This document shows positions 48,481 through 62,420 of a DNA stretch of 64,000 nucleotides, in pieces; the first letter of the stretch is position 1; the number at the start of each line of letters is the position of its first letter. The notes beneath the pieces are model-generated. The model was not told the origin of the DNA, did not search any database, and saw only the letters and a list, made by a program, of their open reading frames with translations. Position numbers and translations under genes: made by a program. The stretch is from assembly GCA_976551045.1 (NCBI GenBank), contig CDPCPM010000281.1:9672001-9736000 (forward strand), read 5' to 3'. The stretch is from Glaucostegus cemiculus (lineage: Eukaryota).

Positions 48481-50359
48481 TATATTGTTGTTTACCTATT
48501 GTATTTCCAGCAGGAAGTGTTAGCTGAAAAACAGAATGTAAACCTGTATTCTATCACTCCCAGGGAGTGCAGCTCCCTGCTAGAATTATGGAATTAGCAC
48601 TTGAATGCTGCACTGACTATATTTGCCAGAGCCTTTTTTGGGCTCTGTAGCATCTGTTAAATTTAGTTGAATTAAACTGGAAAAGACTTCAGAGCTTCAA
48701 AATGTGCTGATTGCCAATTAGGAATTTCAACTGGGCTTTGTGTAGTTGTCAATCATACGTTCCAGACCAGGGGGAGCTGTGGAGGTTCTGTACTGAACTG
48801 AAGCTACAGAATTACACTAATAATCCATCTCTCGTCAAAAAAGGAAACAAGTTATCAGATGGAAAAGTCTCTATGCACTCATCCCAATCTTGAATGTTTA
48901 CCCAAGGTGACTGGTAATGTTTTTGCATGATTCTCCTACTCTTTGTTGAAGTAGTGTGGTTTCATCGGTAGTACTTTTGACCAGAGCTGTTCCATCACAG
49001 GGTCCTTGGGAAGTCTTAACTTACCATTCTGATGGTTTCAGAAAGCTGTGCATAACAACCAGCATCTTCCAAACAGTAAAAATAAATTGGCAGATTTATT
49101 CCATTACAGTCATTCCTAGCAAAACTGGCAAGACTCGTGCCTTGCATCTGCAAATGTGAATAGTTTTTTTTTGTAAGTGCAAGCAGAACATCATCTGTCG
49201 GTCAAAGTGAGCAGTAATTTTGTTTGAAGAATTTGTTAAGTGGCTTTGGCTCAATGCACAGGTGCACTTTATCATTCTTTTCATTACTGCTGCCACTGAA
49301 GCGGCCCCAGTCATTCAGCAGAACTTCCTATCAACAGGCTTAGCTTTGCTGAGTTTTCTCAGGTGGATAGTTTCTTGACTGCCAATTTTATAGATTGGAC
49401 CCTGGGGCCAATTTGAAGTCATAGAAAGCCACCTAATTTCCCCTCACCCTCGAAAATATCCAGACACTTTGCTGCTAATCCTCTTTAGTAGGTTTTGATG
49501 GACTATCCATCATTATCATCTCCTCCTGGATCAGTGTCAGGAAGTTGCCTATTTTGAATGACTGTAACACCTATAGAACTATTTGAAATGATGCTGGAAC
49601 ACTTGTATTTTTTTATGCTTAAATATCTCTCCTGTTTCTCTGCAGTTGAATCAGTTTTCAGTATTCAAGATGTGATCTGACAATAAAGTTTGATCATTGC
49701 TTCCCTTGCTTTTGCTGTATAGCTACAGATCTTATTGACTTTGTTGATCCCTGTCCTGTATTGACTGGACATTTAAATTTATCAAGCTTTCTTGGCCTCT
49801 TTTGGCTTCATCATTGGTACTGCTCATAAGCTAATGAAGTGGATCTATTGCATCTTGCCCTCTAAAACTGTGTGTTGTCTGCTTCATTACTGAGTCTGTC
49901 ATTAAAGAATTTGCCTGACTTTCTGAATCTGTCTTTTCCATGGACCCTCCTGGTGTGATATCAAATAAAAGTACTAACAATTTGGAATGAGCTTTAGGTA
50001 CTGATTTAAATTAGGAAATGTCCTGGTTACATGTTTAAGCCTGTGACATTCCACATCATCCCTCTAAGTTAAAGAGAATATAGTTTTGTCACCTTTGCAA
50101 TTTTCTCCTTAATGCTTAGAATTGGCTCTGAAATTTTTTTCAAATGTGTGGAATTTTATTGTTTGGAACTCAAGGTTCAGCACATTATAGGACTTAGTCT
50201 GACCTGCTTAAGGGTATCACTTCCTTGAAGAAGTCAAAGAGATATGCCAGATGTGATCTTTCCCTTGAAGTTCATGCCATCTGCTATAAACTTTAATACT
50301 GTCGTATAACCCCACCTTTAATCAAGGCCATTTCTTTCCTGGAAGAGAGGTTTGTCCAA

Positions 50360-51770
50360 TTCAGGCAGTGGTCAGACAGACAGCTAACAAGAGGAAGAGG
50401 TTTCATGAATGTTCCTGTCTCAACAGTGATGGAAGGACAAATGCAAAAGATAAAGCTGATCATTATATCAACAATATCAAGGGACAGCTCAGAGCTCTGG
50501 AGGCAGCACGGATCTCAAGAACAACCTGGCCCTGGTGCTTAACACTTGTGCTCCAGTAATTACCACAACAATGAGACATAGCTTATTGGCGTTCACTAAA
50601 TTATAATGGAAACTTGCCCATGTATGTAAAAGCAGGGAAAGATATACCTGTCAGTCATTTCTCTCTGAATAAAGTGGTGGAAGGGGGTGTCTAACAATAC
50701 CAACAACTCAGTGAAAATAACAAATTTCTTACCGATGTAGCAGTAACATTGCCAATTTAATGCGTTTATACTGATTGTGATGGTTACTCTCTTACGGGTA
50801 CACTGTACTGGTTTATTTTCCCCTCTATGCAAACTCGCCAATAAGCTGCACACCAATCTCAGTGGATTTTGTCAAAACCAATTGTCTCTGGACCTCAGTA
50901 CAATCTAAAAACAAACATGGATAAAAGAACAGGCTTCTTTTTAGGTGAGGTGGCAATGCTTGCCCCTGATGTCAAGCCAGCACTGAGTGTCATCAAAATT
51001 AGGAAGAAAATTGGCTCTTGGTGGGAGTCACACCTTACACTAGAGAAGGTAGTTGCGGTTGTTGGAAGTCAGTTATCTCAACCCAGGACACAGCTGATCA
51101 AGGCATCTTCCCAGGCCTAGGCATCAGCTGCTTCATCAATATCTGCTCTGTCCAAGTTTGAAGAGAGAAAGTTTGTGGATGGTTATTTCCAGTTTTATTC
51201 CAACATATTCATGAATGGGCTGATAAGCATCAAATACATTCCATGAAACAACCACCTCCAACAAGAAGGGAATCAAGCTACCTATTCTTGATGTTCAGCA
51301 ACATTTCCTTTGTTGAATCTCTTACCAGCAACATCCAAGGGTCACCACTGGTCAGGAACTTAAACTGTATCTGCCACATAAATAGGTCAGAGGCTAGATA
51401 TCTTGTAGAAAGTGAATTACCACAACCTAAAGATACAAAGTGGGAGTGCACTGGTACATCCTGCACTTGCCTGGATGAATGGTCAAAAACTCAGTTCTAC
51501 TCAGGATAAATTATCTCCCACCTCCCACTTTTAAATATTCACCCTCCCCACCAGCAGCATACCTTAGCTGTGTTGTGTACCTTCTGTGGGATATATTGTA
51601 GCAATTCAGTAAGAGTTATATGAGAACATCTTCCAAACCTCCTACCTCCACCAAGAAGTACAATGGTGACGGGTACCAGCAAGGTTCCCTCAAGTTCCAT
51701 TCTAACTTCCATATATGTTGCCAATCCTTTATTCTTGCAGGATCCAATTCCTGGTGTATTAGTACACAGA
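50360..51770 (+). mobile_element. Highly decayed CR1-superclade LINE (probable partner of SINE family C)
   Basis: Remnants 'aatgcaaaagataaagctga' (AKDKA), 'gtgcttaacacttgtgctccag' (VL.TCAP), 'ggtagttgcggttgttggaagtcagttatctcaacccaggaca' and 3' motif 'caggatccaattcctgg'. Confidence 0.55.
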
Positions 51771-51825
51771 ACACATTCCTATGTGTGTTTTCAAGCAAAG
51801 CTCAGCCATCACACCAAAAGTTCTT

Positions 51826-52300
51826 TCAGTCTGTCTCATCACAGTACTGCCCCTCATCTCCAACAAGCTTCCCACAGGAGGACACTTAATCTACAGGACA
51901 AATGGGAAACTGTTCAACCTATGTCACCTCCGGTCCAGACCCAGGCCCCCTGAGTTTCAGTCATTGAGCTGCAGTACACATCTGATGCTTGTGTATGTGC
52001 ACATTTGGAAGAGGTGCTACAAGTCGACTCACTTACACATATGAGAGAAAGGGCCTTAAGCTTAACATCTGCTAAACAAAGGTTGTCTAATAATCTGTCC
52101 CAGCAGTACTATCCTCCACCATGAGACCCAGCAAAACAGGAGTCTCTTTCCATACAACAGAAAGCACATCTCACTGATGAAATTCACCATTGCCTTCAGT
52201 GCACCAGCATAACCTTTGGCACTGTGAGGGAAAGAACGAATGGAGATTAAGACCATACCCGGCACAAAGCCCATAGACTATTGGACAGTTATGACTATAA
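51826..52300 (+). mobile_element. RTE (BovB-like) LINE RT fragment
   Basis: ORF 51781-52044 contains LISNKLPTGGHLIYRTNGKLFNLCHLRSRPR, matching RTE G..I.YRTDGKLFNLRRL. Confidence 0.8.
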
Positions 52301-52730
52301 ACTAGACTAGACCTGACAGCCACTTAAATACTACTTGATTTACTGATGCAAAAAATAATGATGAATGTAACTTTCCATCTATATTCATGCTCTAGCCTTG
52401 GTGTTTTATGACTGACAGCTGTACTTGTTGAAGTTGTGATTAATAAAGAGTTGTTGTGCCATCTCTCCCTGTGTTGCAGAGCTGTTTACTGCCCAGGTTT
52501 GCTGTATGTGCACTGTTGTGGTCATTGACAGCTGCATGTCAATCTGGCTGAGTGGGGTGAAATTTGTGCTGTACTAACCTGGCCTTCCAGGACTATGGCT
52601 GGGGGGAGCTGACCAATAAATTCCGCGAGTATGACCTGCATTACCCATTTCTTTTAAGAGCCTCCATTGATTTGTTTCTATTTATGGCAGAAAAATAACT
52701 GGATGGTTTATAAGGTGAAAGGTGGGGTCG

Positions 52731-52913
52731 NNNNNNNNNNNNNNNNNNNNNNNNNNNNNNNNNNNNNNNNNNNNNNNNNNNNNNNNNNNNNNNNNNNNNN
52801 NNNNNNNNNNNNNNNNNNNNNNNNNNNNNNNNNNNNNNNNNNNNNNNNNNNNNNNNNNNNNNNNNNNNNNNNNNNNNNNNNNNNNNNNNNNNNNNNNNNN
52901 NNNNNNNNNNNNN
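52731..52913. other. Assembly gap (183 N)
   Basis: Run of N characters. Confidence 1.
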
Positions 52914-53510
52914 GCAGGCTGACAATTGGCAGCTGCTATTTAATGTAGCTAAGTGTAAAGTCATGCTCTTAGGGATGTGAAATAAGCAGAGGGATTATAG
53001 GATTAATGAAAAAATACTGATAAGAGATGAAAGGGATCTGGAATCGGAGTAGATAGTTTGCTCAGCCATCAAATCAATGTTGGACAGCTGTCGAGGAAGC
53101 AATGTTAGTTATATGAAAAGTAGATTAGAGTGTAGATTGAGGGATTTTATCTTGCCACGGTGTAGACTCTTGGTCAGATCTCAACTGGAGCATTGAGTGC
53201 AGTCTTGGATCTCTTGCTGTAGAAAGATATAGCTGAACTAATTAAGGTGCAGGCGAAAGATACTGGAATAATATGAAAATTAAATATAAAGGTACACTGA
53301 CTCAAAATCAGGATGTACTCATTAGGAGGCAGAGATTGATTCAAACAATGCAGTTATAGCTAAGACAGGGTCAGTTAGGTGTGCTGAATTTAGTACTGGG
53401 TGGCAGAGTAAGGGGACAGGCATACATGCTAAAAAAGTGAGTTAATTGAAATGGAATATGAGAAACTAAAGTTTGCTGCAATGGTGGTTGGTTATTGCAT
53501 GAATTTACCA
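52914..53510 (+). mobile_element. Old CR1 fragment abutting the gap
   Basis: 'tggcagctgctatttaatgtagctaagtgtaaagtcatgc' (WQL.FNV.KCKVM) and 'ttggtcagatctcaactggagcattgagtgcagtcttgg'. Confidence 0.75.
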
Positions 53511-53774
53511 AGGAAGGATTATTCTGTGGCTAGCAGCTCATCCTTAGCTGTGTCAGCTCAGACAGTAAAGGTTAGATTTTGCAGGTACATCTAGTTTTAC
53601 CCCAACATTTAACTGTTTGAAGTAATTGGCTCTTACTATGTTAAAATAATGTTGATCAGAGTGCCTAGGCTTGAGTGTCGCTGGATATATTTGGCTTCCC
53701 AGGATTATATTAGCTGAGTTCAACCCTATTGCTGACAACCTCTCACTCCATCATATTTTCCAACAGAGCAAATA

Positions 53775-54115
53775 GGGTGACATGGTGACATAGCTGGTGG
53801 AGTTGCTGCCTCACAGCTCCAGCAACCCAGTTTCAATCCTGACCTGTGGGGCTGTCTGTGTGCAGTCTGTACATTCTTCCTGTGACTGTGTTGGTTTCCT
53901 TTGGGTGCTCTGGTTTCCTCTCACATCCCAAGGATCTGCAGGTTGGTAGGTTAGTTGGCCACTGCAAATTGCCCCTAGTACCTAGGGGTGTAGTAGAACC
54001 TGGGGGAAGTTGGTAGGAACATGGGAAGAATGAAATAGATTTAGTATGGAATTTGTGTAAATGGGTACATGATGACTGGTCAGGGCCAAAGGGCCTTTTT
54101 CTCTGCTGTGTGACT
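53775..54115 (+). mobile_element. HE1-type V-SINE, near full length
   Basis: Head 'gggtgacatggtgacatagctggtggagttgctgcctcacagctccagcaacccagtttcaatcctgacc', V-core and CR1-type tail 'gggccaaagggcctttttctctgctgtgtgact'. Confidence 0.85.
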
Positions 54116-55024
54116 GGTGTAGCTGTTTCTTGTAGATTCCCTCCAGTCTATCCTGGCCTGTTTACTTTCCTCTCTGTAACATAACTTTGGTCAGAAGCAT
54201 TGCAGGAGATCAGAACATTTTCAGATATATAGTGTTTGCTTCCTGGTCAATTGACCAAAAAAAAACAGGTGTTGAATTCTCTGGGTACATAAATAAATTC
54301 ATACAAATAGATGCAGAAAATCCCAGAAGTTAAAAAATGTTTTTTAAATCTGAAATTGTCACAAATAAGCAATGTCTAATGTTTCAAGTGTTCAATCACT
54401 CGAAGAATTTCCTTTCAACAGTCAGGGTGATGCTACTTTAATCTTTACTGTCTTTCTCTGAGTAATGGCCTCCTGAGCTTGCACCAGAATTTTTATGCAG
54501 GAAAATGTCAGACATATCAACATCATAATTGTTTGAAAATTATGCAAGCACTGTTAGGAAATATTTGCTGATGTATTTGATTCACCAAGAGTCCTGATGC
54601 ACAATGGAATACTTGGTTATGCACTTTCTTAAAGGACCTACAGTATAATTCACTGAAAGGAGGGTTTAAGGATATAGCCACCATGGAGCTGTAGGAGACA
54701 TTGGTGTATTCTTAGGAGTGAGAGACCAGAAGCTTTGAAGTAGTAAAGGGATTTATTTGGATGTTCACCTACACAGATAAACAACAAGAAGTAATCAAAA
54801 AAGACAAATGGTGTTTTTGTCGAAAAAGGGTTGGGGCATTCAAAAGTGAGGATGTGATGCATTGATTGTACACACTCTTGGTCAGACAGTTGGACACTGA
54901 ACTGATGAGGTTTGCAAGAAGTAATAAGGTTACCTTGTATGTTCCAGAGCTAAGAAGTTTCAGGGGTGCTGTAATTTTTAAAATATAGGAATAATCTGAG
55001 CTGACACAGATATGGTTCCAAGTT

Positions 55025-55830
55025 TCCCACCAAGTTGCACACCATCCTGTCTTAAAAGTTCATCAGTATTCTTTCATTGCTGCTGAGCAAAATCTTTGAA
55101 TTCCATGCCCAATAGCACTTTGGGTTTACCTTTATCACGTGGAGTCCAGCGTTCAAGAGAGCACCACCATCTCAAGGACCTTTGGGGATGACCAGTAATG
55201 AGGGAGCAGTGCCTGGTTGGAGGTGCCATCTTTTAGATGAGATGTTAAACAAAAGTCCTGTCTGCTCCAAGTTGGAAGTAAAAAAAACCCTGTTGCATCA
55301 TTTTCAAAGAGGAATGGAGTCATTCTCCATGCTCTGGTTATTTCATCTTATTTTAAAGAAAATCATACTGGAAGCACTGTACACCATACTGGTCAAGCTG
55401 CATCTGTGAAAAACGAAACAGAGTCGATGTTTCAGGTCAAAGACTCTTTGCCAGCATCTGCAGCTTTTTTTTTTGATTTAAAAAAACACAGGTGATATGT
55501 TCCCATCTCTCTGGGTAGTAGAGGCTGTGGGTTTTGGAGCTGATGTTGAAAAAGCCTTTGTGAATTGATTCAGTGTGCCCTACAGAAGGTACACACTCTG
55601 GCCATGGTGTCTCAATAAGGAAGACGAGATGTTTTGGTGGAGGGTTGACTGTCAATCGAGTGGGCCATTTTGCCTTGCAGGGTTTTTTTTAATTTAAAAA
55701 GAAATAACACCATCTTTTCATTTATAGATTTTGCAGTGTAAAATTTGGTTGTTATCTACATAACAACTGCAACTTCACTTTAAGAATACTTTGTTTTTAT
55801 AAAGCACTTTAGGACATCCTGTGAAGGGAT
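55025..55830. mobile_element. Repeat pile-up: LINE tail (+, to about 55195), then a Deu-domain SINE (+, about 55194-55830) interrupted by a PLE-derived piece and an antisense LINE fragment
   Basis: 'ggaggtgccatcttttagatgagatgttaaac' (SINE 5' part), 'gatgtttcaggtcaaagactctttgccagcatctgcag' (PLE) and 'aaagcactttaggacatcctgtgaagg' (SINE tail). Confidence 0.55.
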
Positions 55831-57479
55831 GTTAATGGAGCTTTTTAAGGACCAGTCTGTCTGTCTGAATGCAATGCACCTGCCACCCATATATGTACAC
55901 ATTCCAGCTGTAGTCACAAGGAACAATCTGGGGCTTCAGTGCAGGCTGCTTAATCCACTGTAATGGAGAGTGTTTCTCAACTATGGTCACCAGTTTAGTA
56001 TATTACAGGATGTTGAACCAGTTACCTTGTTGTTGTATATCACGTGTTCACATTGTGGTCAAACAGAGTTACCTGAGTTGGAAAAACTTCCAACAGGATC
56101 TCTGTTTTGTCACATTAAGTTTGTAAGGCATCAGTTGCTAAGGTAACATTTAGGTTCAGCATTAGTTAGCAGTCTGAACTAGATTCATATTGATGATTTA
56201 GTGTAGTAATTGCTTTGCAGAGGTAGGGTCATTGCATCCAAACTCCAATTTGGTGGACATAAGATTCACAGAGGAGCAAGTGTGATACCTCTTCTTCTTT
56301 CTTCCTATCGTTTTTTTTCTCTCTGCTGCATCTGAAGTTCCCTTGTAGCCTTATCCCCCCTTGTCTATAATGATCCTAACCACCAGTAAGTGACCATCTG
56401 ACTTTTGGAGGTGCAGGTATCGAGTTCTAGGCCCCATTAGAGCTCGAGTCTTTGGCGACTTTTTAGATTCAGAAGGCAATGGTTCAGCAATTTTGTTTAG
56501 GGACTAACACAGAAAGAAACTGCCTCCTTAAGGGGTAAAAGTGATGTAAGTTCCCTGTGCTTCCTCCATATGTTAACCTGTTTTTTTTCCATCCTAACTG
56601 CTGAACTTGCTGCTACATTTTAAACATTCTCATGTCTAGAATGTTGAAACACAAAACTAAAATTGGCTGGTGGTGGCGATGCACACAAACATTTCGCATG
56701 TTTGTAAGATATTTCTCTATTCATTGCTTTACCAGAGGTTTACTGTAAGTAGATTGTCTCCATGACTAAAATGTTAAATTGAGGAATGTCACATAAATGC
56801 ATTAATCTCCAAAGGGGTGGGAGAAAAACATTCCGCTGGAAGGCAAGCCATGATGCACACCGACCTCTCTTATAGGAATCATACTTATGCAATCCTTACT
56901 TGTAATTGTCCCATCAATTTCAATCGGATTCAGGCTTTGATACAAAGTACCTCACACTTTCCACCTACTGAACGCCCACTGTCATTGTTTATGTTCAAGG
57001 GTAAATGATGAATGTCAGTATGATTGACCACATGAGTTATAAATGACAAGACTGAGAGTATCTTGATCCAGTGTTCACACAGATACACACACTATGAGTG
57101 AACAGCATCAAACCCAGAGCACAGAACAAAGAGGAGCAATGAAATTTGCAGAGGCTTCCAAACATTGCCAACAGTGGGAAACCAACTGATGAAGAATCCA
57201 CACTTAGAAAGTGGAGAGAATTTTGATTCAGTGGCTGCAGATACTAATCCTTTGCCTGTTTATTTGCAATGGATGGACAGTGTCAGTGTATTTTACTTGG
57301 ATCTTCAGAAAATCCTTGAAATTTCCCACTTTACCGCAGAACCCAGGTGGTGAGAGTCTAAAGGAGGGTCTGGTTAAAGGGAGGTAGTGAGTGCTTGTTG
57401 GGGGATGGAGAGGGGAAGCAGTGAGTGGAATGGTTGCAGAGGACTGTACTGTTGGAAGTATTATTCAGTTAGTGACTTT

Positions 57480-58600
57480 TTTTCAAAGCTATACTTTTTT
57501 ACATACATTTGGGACATGACATTTTCTACATTCACTATGCCACACAATACATTCAGTGACAATTTATTAACATCCCAGTGTTTCATCCCCAAACATTGCA
57601 GCAGTGAATCATTTGAGAGGCTGTGACACAGGGCTCAGTCCCTCAGTGGCCAATAACAGCAGAACCCTAGGCTACGGTCTTTCCTCACCGAGCCTTTGCA
57701 ATGGATGCACCAAGCTTCAGTACGTCTTTCAGCATGTACTGCTGCACCTTAGGATATGCCAGTCACACCATTCAGTTGCAGGCATCTTCATACATTGGAA
57801 CACCAATGAGTGTCTGGCAGGCAAAGTGCATCTTTCTCTGGGCTAATGACCTTTCAGGAACAATTGGTGTTTGTCTCAGTATGTCCTTGAGAACAACCAG
57901 AGCACAGAATCATATGTTACACAGCAGTCTAGGATGAGCCTCAATAGAGGTCACTGCATCACTTCCCAAGCCTTGATCAACAGACAGTCCACATGGAGGC
58001 GCATGATGGTCTCGACCTCAAGGGTAGCGTGCAGTGGGATTGAGACTGGCTGTGCATGAAGGATCTGGCAGTGAGAGCAGTTCTTGCTTCAACACTGGGA
58101 GGTCTTGGTGCTTGCTTGACATTTCTGGTGAAGAGGCATTCTGCCGAATGGCTTTGACAGTATTTTCAGGGAACCATTTGACAGAATTCGTTGTTTCCTT
58201 CTCCCGTGGGACCACCAAGATATACCAGGCAGACCACTGCCTGATTGACAAGGTCAAAGTTATTTTTCCACAGAAATCTTTGCCCAAGGAGCAGATGGTA
58301 CAGCATAATCCAACTGAATGGAACACTGCATGGCAACGAGGCCAGGTCCATCCTTTACAATACTGGAGACAGGTAGAACCTCAGTGTCTAGGCACCATGC
58401 AGCCACACACAAAGATGACCATCAGGATGGGGGCCCTGCTGGGTACATTTTTCTCCCAACCACCCCCTCCGCCAGTTTTACCTGGGGCTTGCACATCATG
58501 TTGCTATGGACATCATTCATTCTGGATCTCCAAATGAAATGCAAAACCTGTTGCGGTGCTGGAGCAGGTTAGGACACACTTGTCATGTACAGTAACACAG
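57480..58600 (-). mobile_element. Tx1-clade (L1-like) LINE 3' fragment
   Basis: ORF 58018-58326(-) SIRQWSAW.IL..PREKET.NSVKWFPENTVKAIRQNASSPEMSSKHQDL resembles the Tx1 ORF2 C-terminal region (W.N.SSPEL.NKHQDL.W) before the zinc knuckle. Confidence 0.75.
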
Positions 58601-58710
58601 AGAGCACCTTGCATCTGATGACCAGGTTCTTTCTCTTGGTTAATCATTTAGAAATTCAGAGTGTGCTGGTTCAGCCTGTAGACTCTTACTCAAAGCACAC
58701 AAGTTGGAGG

Positions 58711-58829
58711 TAAGACAAGATATCTTTATTTGTCACATGAACATCGAAACACACAGTGAAATGCACCTTATGCGTGGAGTGTTCTGGGGGCAGCCTGCAA
58801 GTGTCGGCATGCTTCCAGCACCAACATAG
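58711..58829 (-). mobile_element. V-SINE family B, 5'-truncated (tail only)
   Basis: 'taagacaagatatctttatttgtcacatgaacatcgaaacacacagtgaaatgca...gttctgggggcagcctgcaagtgtcg'. Confidence 0.85.
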
Positions 58830-61800
58830 AATATCTTGGCAGTAAAAATGATCGATCATCCAGATAGGCTGGTTCAAGTGCCAGAATGAAAATACAATAA
58901 AGATGGACTGAAAAGCCAGCTTGACCTCCATCTAAGATGCTGTTATGACGTTATAACTTAGTGAATGTTTGGATAGGTATCACACATAGAAACTCCCATG
59001 GAGAACTTCAGTGCCTCTGGTCTCTAACTCAGCTGAAATAATCTGGCTCCATACAGTATGGTGTTGAATCTGGGTGATTTTTGTGTGGTTTAGTGCATGC
59101 CAGGGCAAGAAGAGGCAACAGCCAGAAGAGCTGTGATAATTTTGCAGAAGGGTGCACGAAAATGCCAAAAATACACATCTTTAAAAGTCATTGCTGTGGC
59201 AGATGATCTGTTTTCTGTAACCCAATCACATTCCAGCACTCAGTTGTGACTACACTTAGATCAGTCTGACCCCAGTAGTTGCAGCGACAAGATCTGCCTT
59301 GCAAAAATCTACTCTCAATACAGCAGCAAAGCCCCTTCACTGGGAATATCTGAGAGCTGGGAATTTGATCTTCATCAGAACAGTTCAAACTTAATGGTCT
59401 TGATGTTGTGAGGGAAAAATAAAACTGACTTCTTACCAGAGGCAAGAAGTTTGGAGCTGGCAACCAAAGACATCTCGCCATTGAAGGGTGGCCTCCCTTC
59501 CTTTGGGCAAAAATAATAGCATTTGCCTGCTGAACTCTGCAAAGAACTTTTGGCTCAAAAGATAAACTAAGCTTGACCCAAGGGCTGGATTAACAACCTG
59601 CCACTTGCAATATTGAAGACTAGGAGGACAGCTTTTAACAGACCCAATGGTATGTTATGGCAACAAAGAGAAAAGTGGTTCAACTTTAGTAAAAGGACAA
59701 AACCATTGCTTTCCCTGGATAGGGATCAAGGAAGCTGATGCACTGCCATGACTGTAATGCAATATCGACCCCATTCCGCGTCGAGCAAGCAGTCCAATTT
59801 AGAGCAGCACTCACACACTGGGGAAGTGTAAATCATCCCTGTTAGACTGACATAAGCGTGGATGTATGTCCAGACACCTCTTTTGGAGGAAATGGAGTAT
59901 AGTATAAGTATTGTTCTTATTGGTAACAGAATCCTTGTCTTGGGTCTGGAGGCTATTAAATTGCCTCAGTAGGGTCTAAAGAACACCAAGACAAGCCGAC
60001 TGTTTGCCATTCTCAGTGTAGTTAAAATAAACAGTTCTGAGCTGCAGAGACGAGGCGTCGTGTCCCACTGCAAATTGAGCAATCATTCAAAGAGTTGATT
60101 ATAGTCCCGCAGTCCATCAAGCTATGCACACCACAGCAGATTGCCATCTCCAATGACAGTCTTTAGAGGAAGGCCCTTGATGACTGTGTGAAATTCTAAT
60201 ACCGAGCAAAGCTTTTTATCTCATTTAGTTGAGGCTGTACCTCCAGCTTTTTAAATATCTTGGGCACAACAAGAAGCAAGAAACAGAAGCCAGTTAAAGC
60301 TGAGTTTTATCGGAGCATATTTTTTTCCGGATTGTTTGACAAGCTATGGTGTCAATGTGCTGGTTCAAGCTGTTACTGTGTTGATTGCAGCAAGTCAATT
60401 ATGCACACCTCCTAACTAAGCTGAAGATCAGATATACATTGATGCTGGCCTGGGGAATTTTTGGGATGTTATCCGACACCACATGGGAGGAAGGCAAACA
60501 ACTTAGGAAATGCTGTAAATTTCATGCCTGGAGCCTCATTTGAATTGAATAAACTCGCAGGACAAGATTTTTATGCTCTTAGGATTCTTACCAATGGAGC
60601 AGTGAAGACTAACACTGTGCCCACTGTGGAGTGATATTGGTTTCTGTAATGTGTGTGGTGCGCGGCAGAATGTTCACTGTGTTCTGAAGAAGTAAGTAAG
60701 CTTGTGCATTTACTTTTATACTTCCAACATGAGCCACTTAGCCAAGGCAACCGGGATCTATAGGTTGATGTATGAGTAAAGAATAGTGTTCTCCCTTGCA
60801 AAAAAATCTGGGTGCATGTAGTGTTTGGTACCTCACATAACTGAAATTTCAATTCATATTCCAAATGAACAGAAACATTTACTTAAGTATTAAAAAAATC
60901 TTAAGCCTTCCATTTTTAATATATTTAAATTTAGTTTTGAAATATCCCCAGATTGCCTGGCTACTTTCAAGTTCTTGTTCTGAAGAATCAATCCTTCTGT
61001 CAATTGCATTTATTGTGTAGAGAGGCATATTTTCTGATTGTGGAGTTCAGATCCTCTCACCAGGAAAGACGTTTACAAACGCTGCAGTGCTAAACATGTA
61101 TTGCCATTCCATCTAAGTTGTGGTTTTGTGCAGACACTGCACTGTTTGTGATGTGAGCAATTTTCTGATCTGAAAAACATGAAACATTTTAAATTGGAAG
61201 AACTACATTGTTCTCACCCAACTGTTGGCATTTTCTGTATTTGAAGCTGAATTAGTTTTCACAGATTGCTTTGATTGTTCTTTTTTCTCTGCCATGGCTG
61301 TTCACATAGTTGGTCTCTACTTGATAGAAAACCAAATAGTCAAAAATTTGATATCTGCTTTTCAACATTGATTCCTCTCTAACCATGTCTTTTTTAAGTA
61401 TTCAAATCCCCACAAGATACTTCGAGCCATCAGACTTAAGTAGTTCCAATAAATCATACTAGTCAGGTGGTCTATAATGAAGCCAAAACTGTTTTCTGTC
61501 TCATTCCAATTGATCAGGCCATGCAGAATTGTGCTGAGTTTGTACTTTCTAAGATGCCAGCACCGTTTCATCATTCATTAAGCTTTAAGTGTGTGCGTGC
61601 TGAAATGCTTCATTGTATCTGATTGCAACAAGTGGGGCAGTCCGTGAATTTGAGCTTAATTTGTAGTGCCAAGGCTACTGTTACATCTGATACTAGGACA
61701 GGCTGATCATTAGTAGTAAGTTGTTCCTTTTCAATGATTTTCCCTCGTTGCCCCTCCTGTTTTATTTTGGAACATGGTTGCTCTGTTTCTGTGGGTTGAC

Positions 61801-62119
61801 ATGCACGAGTGAGCTACAACACCCTGTGTAATTGTATATATTTTGACGAGTAGACAATCCTAGTCACATCAAGCAGTGAGAGCAGTTTTATTTATTGACT
61901 CGAGTTTGACGAGAGCATGTCCTTTTCACAGAATGAATGATAGAGAGTCATTTGTTGAGAGAATGCAGACACATTGTGTAAAACAAACTCAGCAGTCGTT
62001 ATATGATTGCTAGAAAAGTTGTGTTCAAGACTTTTGTTACAAGGGCTTTCAGTAAATTATTTTAGAAATTAAATCAGTGGAACCTTTCCATAAATGGCTT
62101 TATAATTCATTCAGTTTTT

Positions 62120-62420
62120 GAGACATGAATGTCATTGGCAAGACTGGCATTTAATTGTCCATCCTTAATTGCCCTTGAACAGTCTAGGCTGTTTCATAGG
62201 CCATTGGAGAGTCAATAACGTTGGTAATCTGGAGCCACATGTAGCCATACCCAAGCAGAATGGCCGATTTCATTAGTGAAGCAGACACTCCAGTATTATT
62301 AACCTGAAATTAAATTCAGCAGCTTCCATGGTGAGATTTGAACTTGGGTTTCCAGGTTGTTGGTCAGAGCTTCTTGGTTAGTCGTTGGATAATTTAACCA
62401 TTGAGCCATCACTATACCCA
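62120..62420 (-). mobile_element. tRNA-derived SINE family C
   Basis: 'ctggcatttaattgtccatccttaattgcccttgaac' (antisense tail) and 'ccatggtgagatttgaacttggg' (antisense B-box). Homologous to 47632-47905. Confidence 0.65.

Noticed and set aside
49625-49680. Acceptor 'ctcctgtttctctgcag' as the next AUTS2 exon
   Set aside because: In the required phase it hits TGA within about 11 codons and lacks the K(I/V)SGLERS motif.
52641-52964. ORFs spanning the N run
   Set aside because: Artefacts of the assembly gap.
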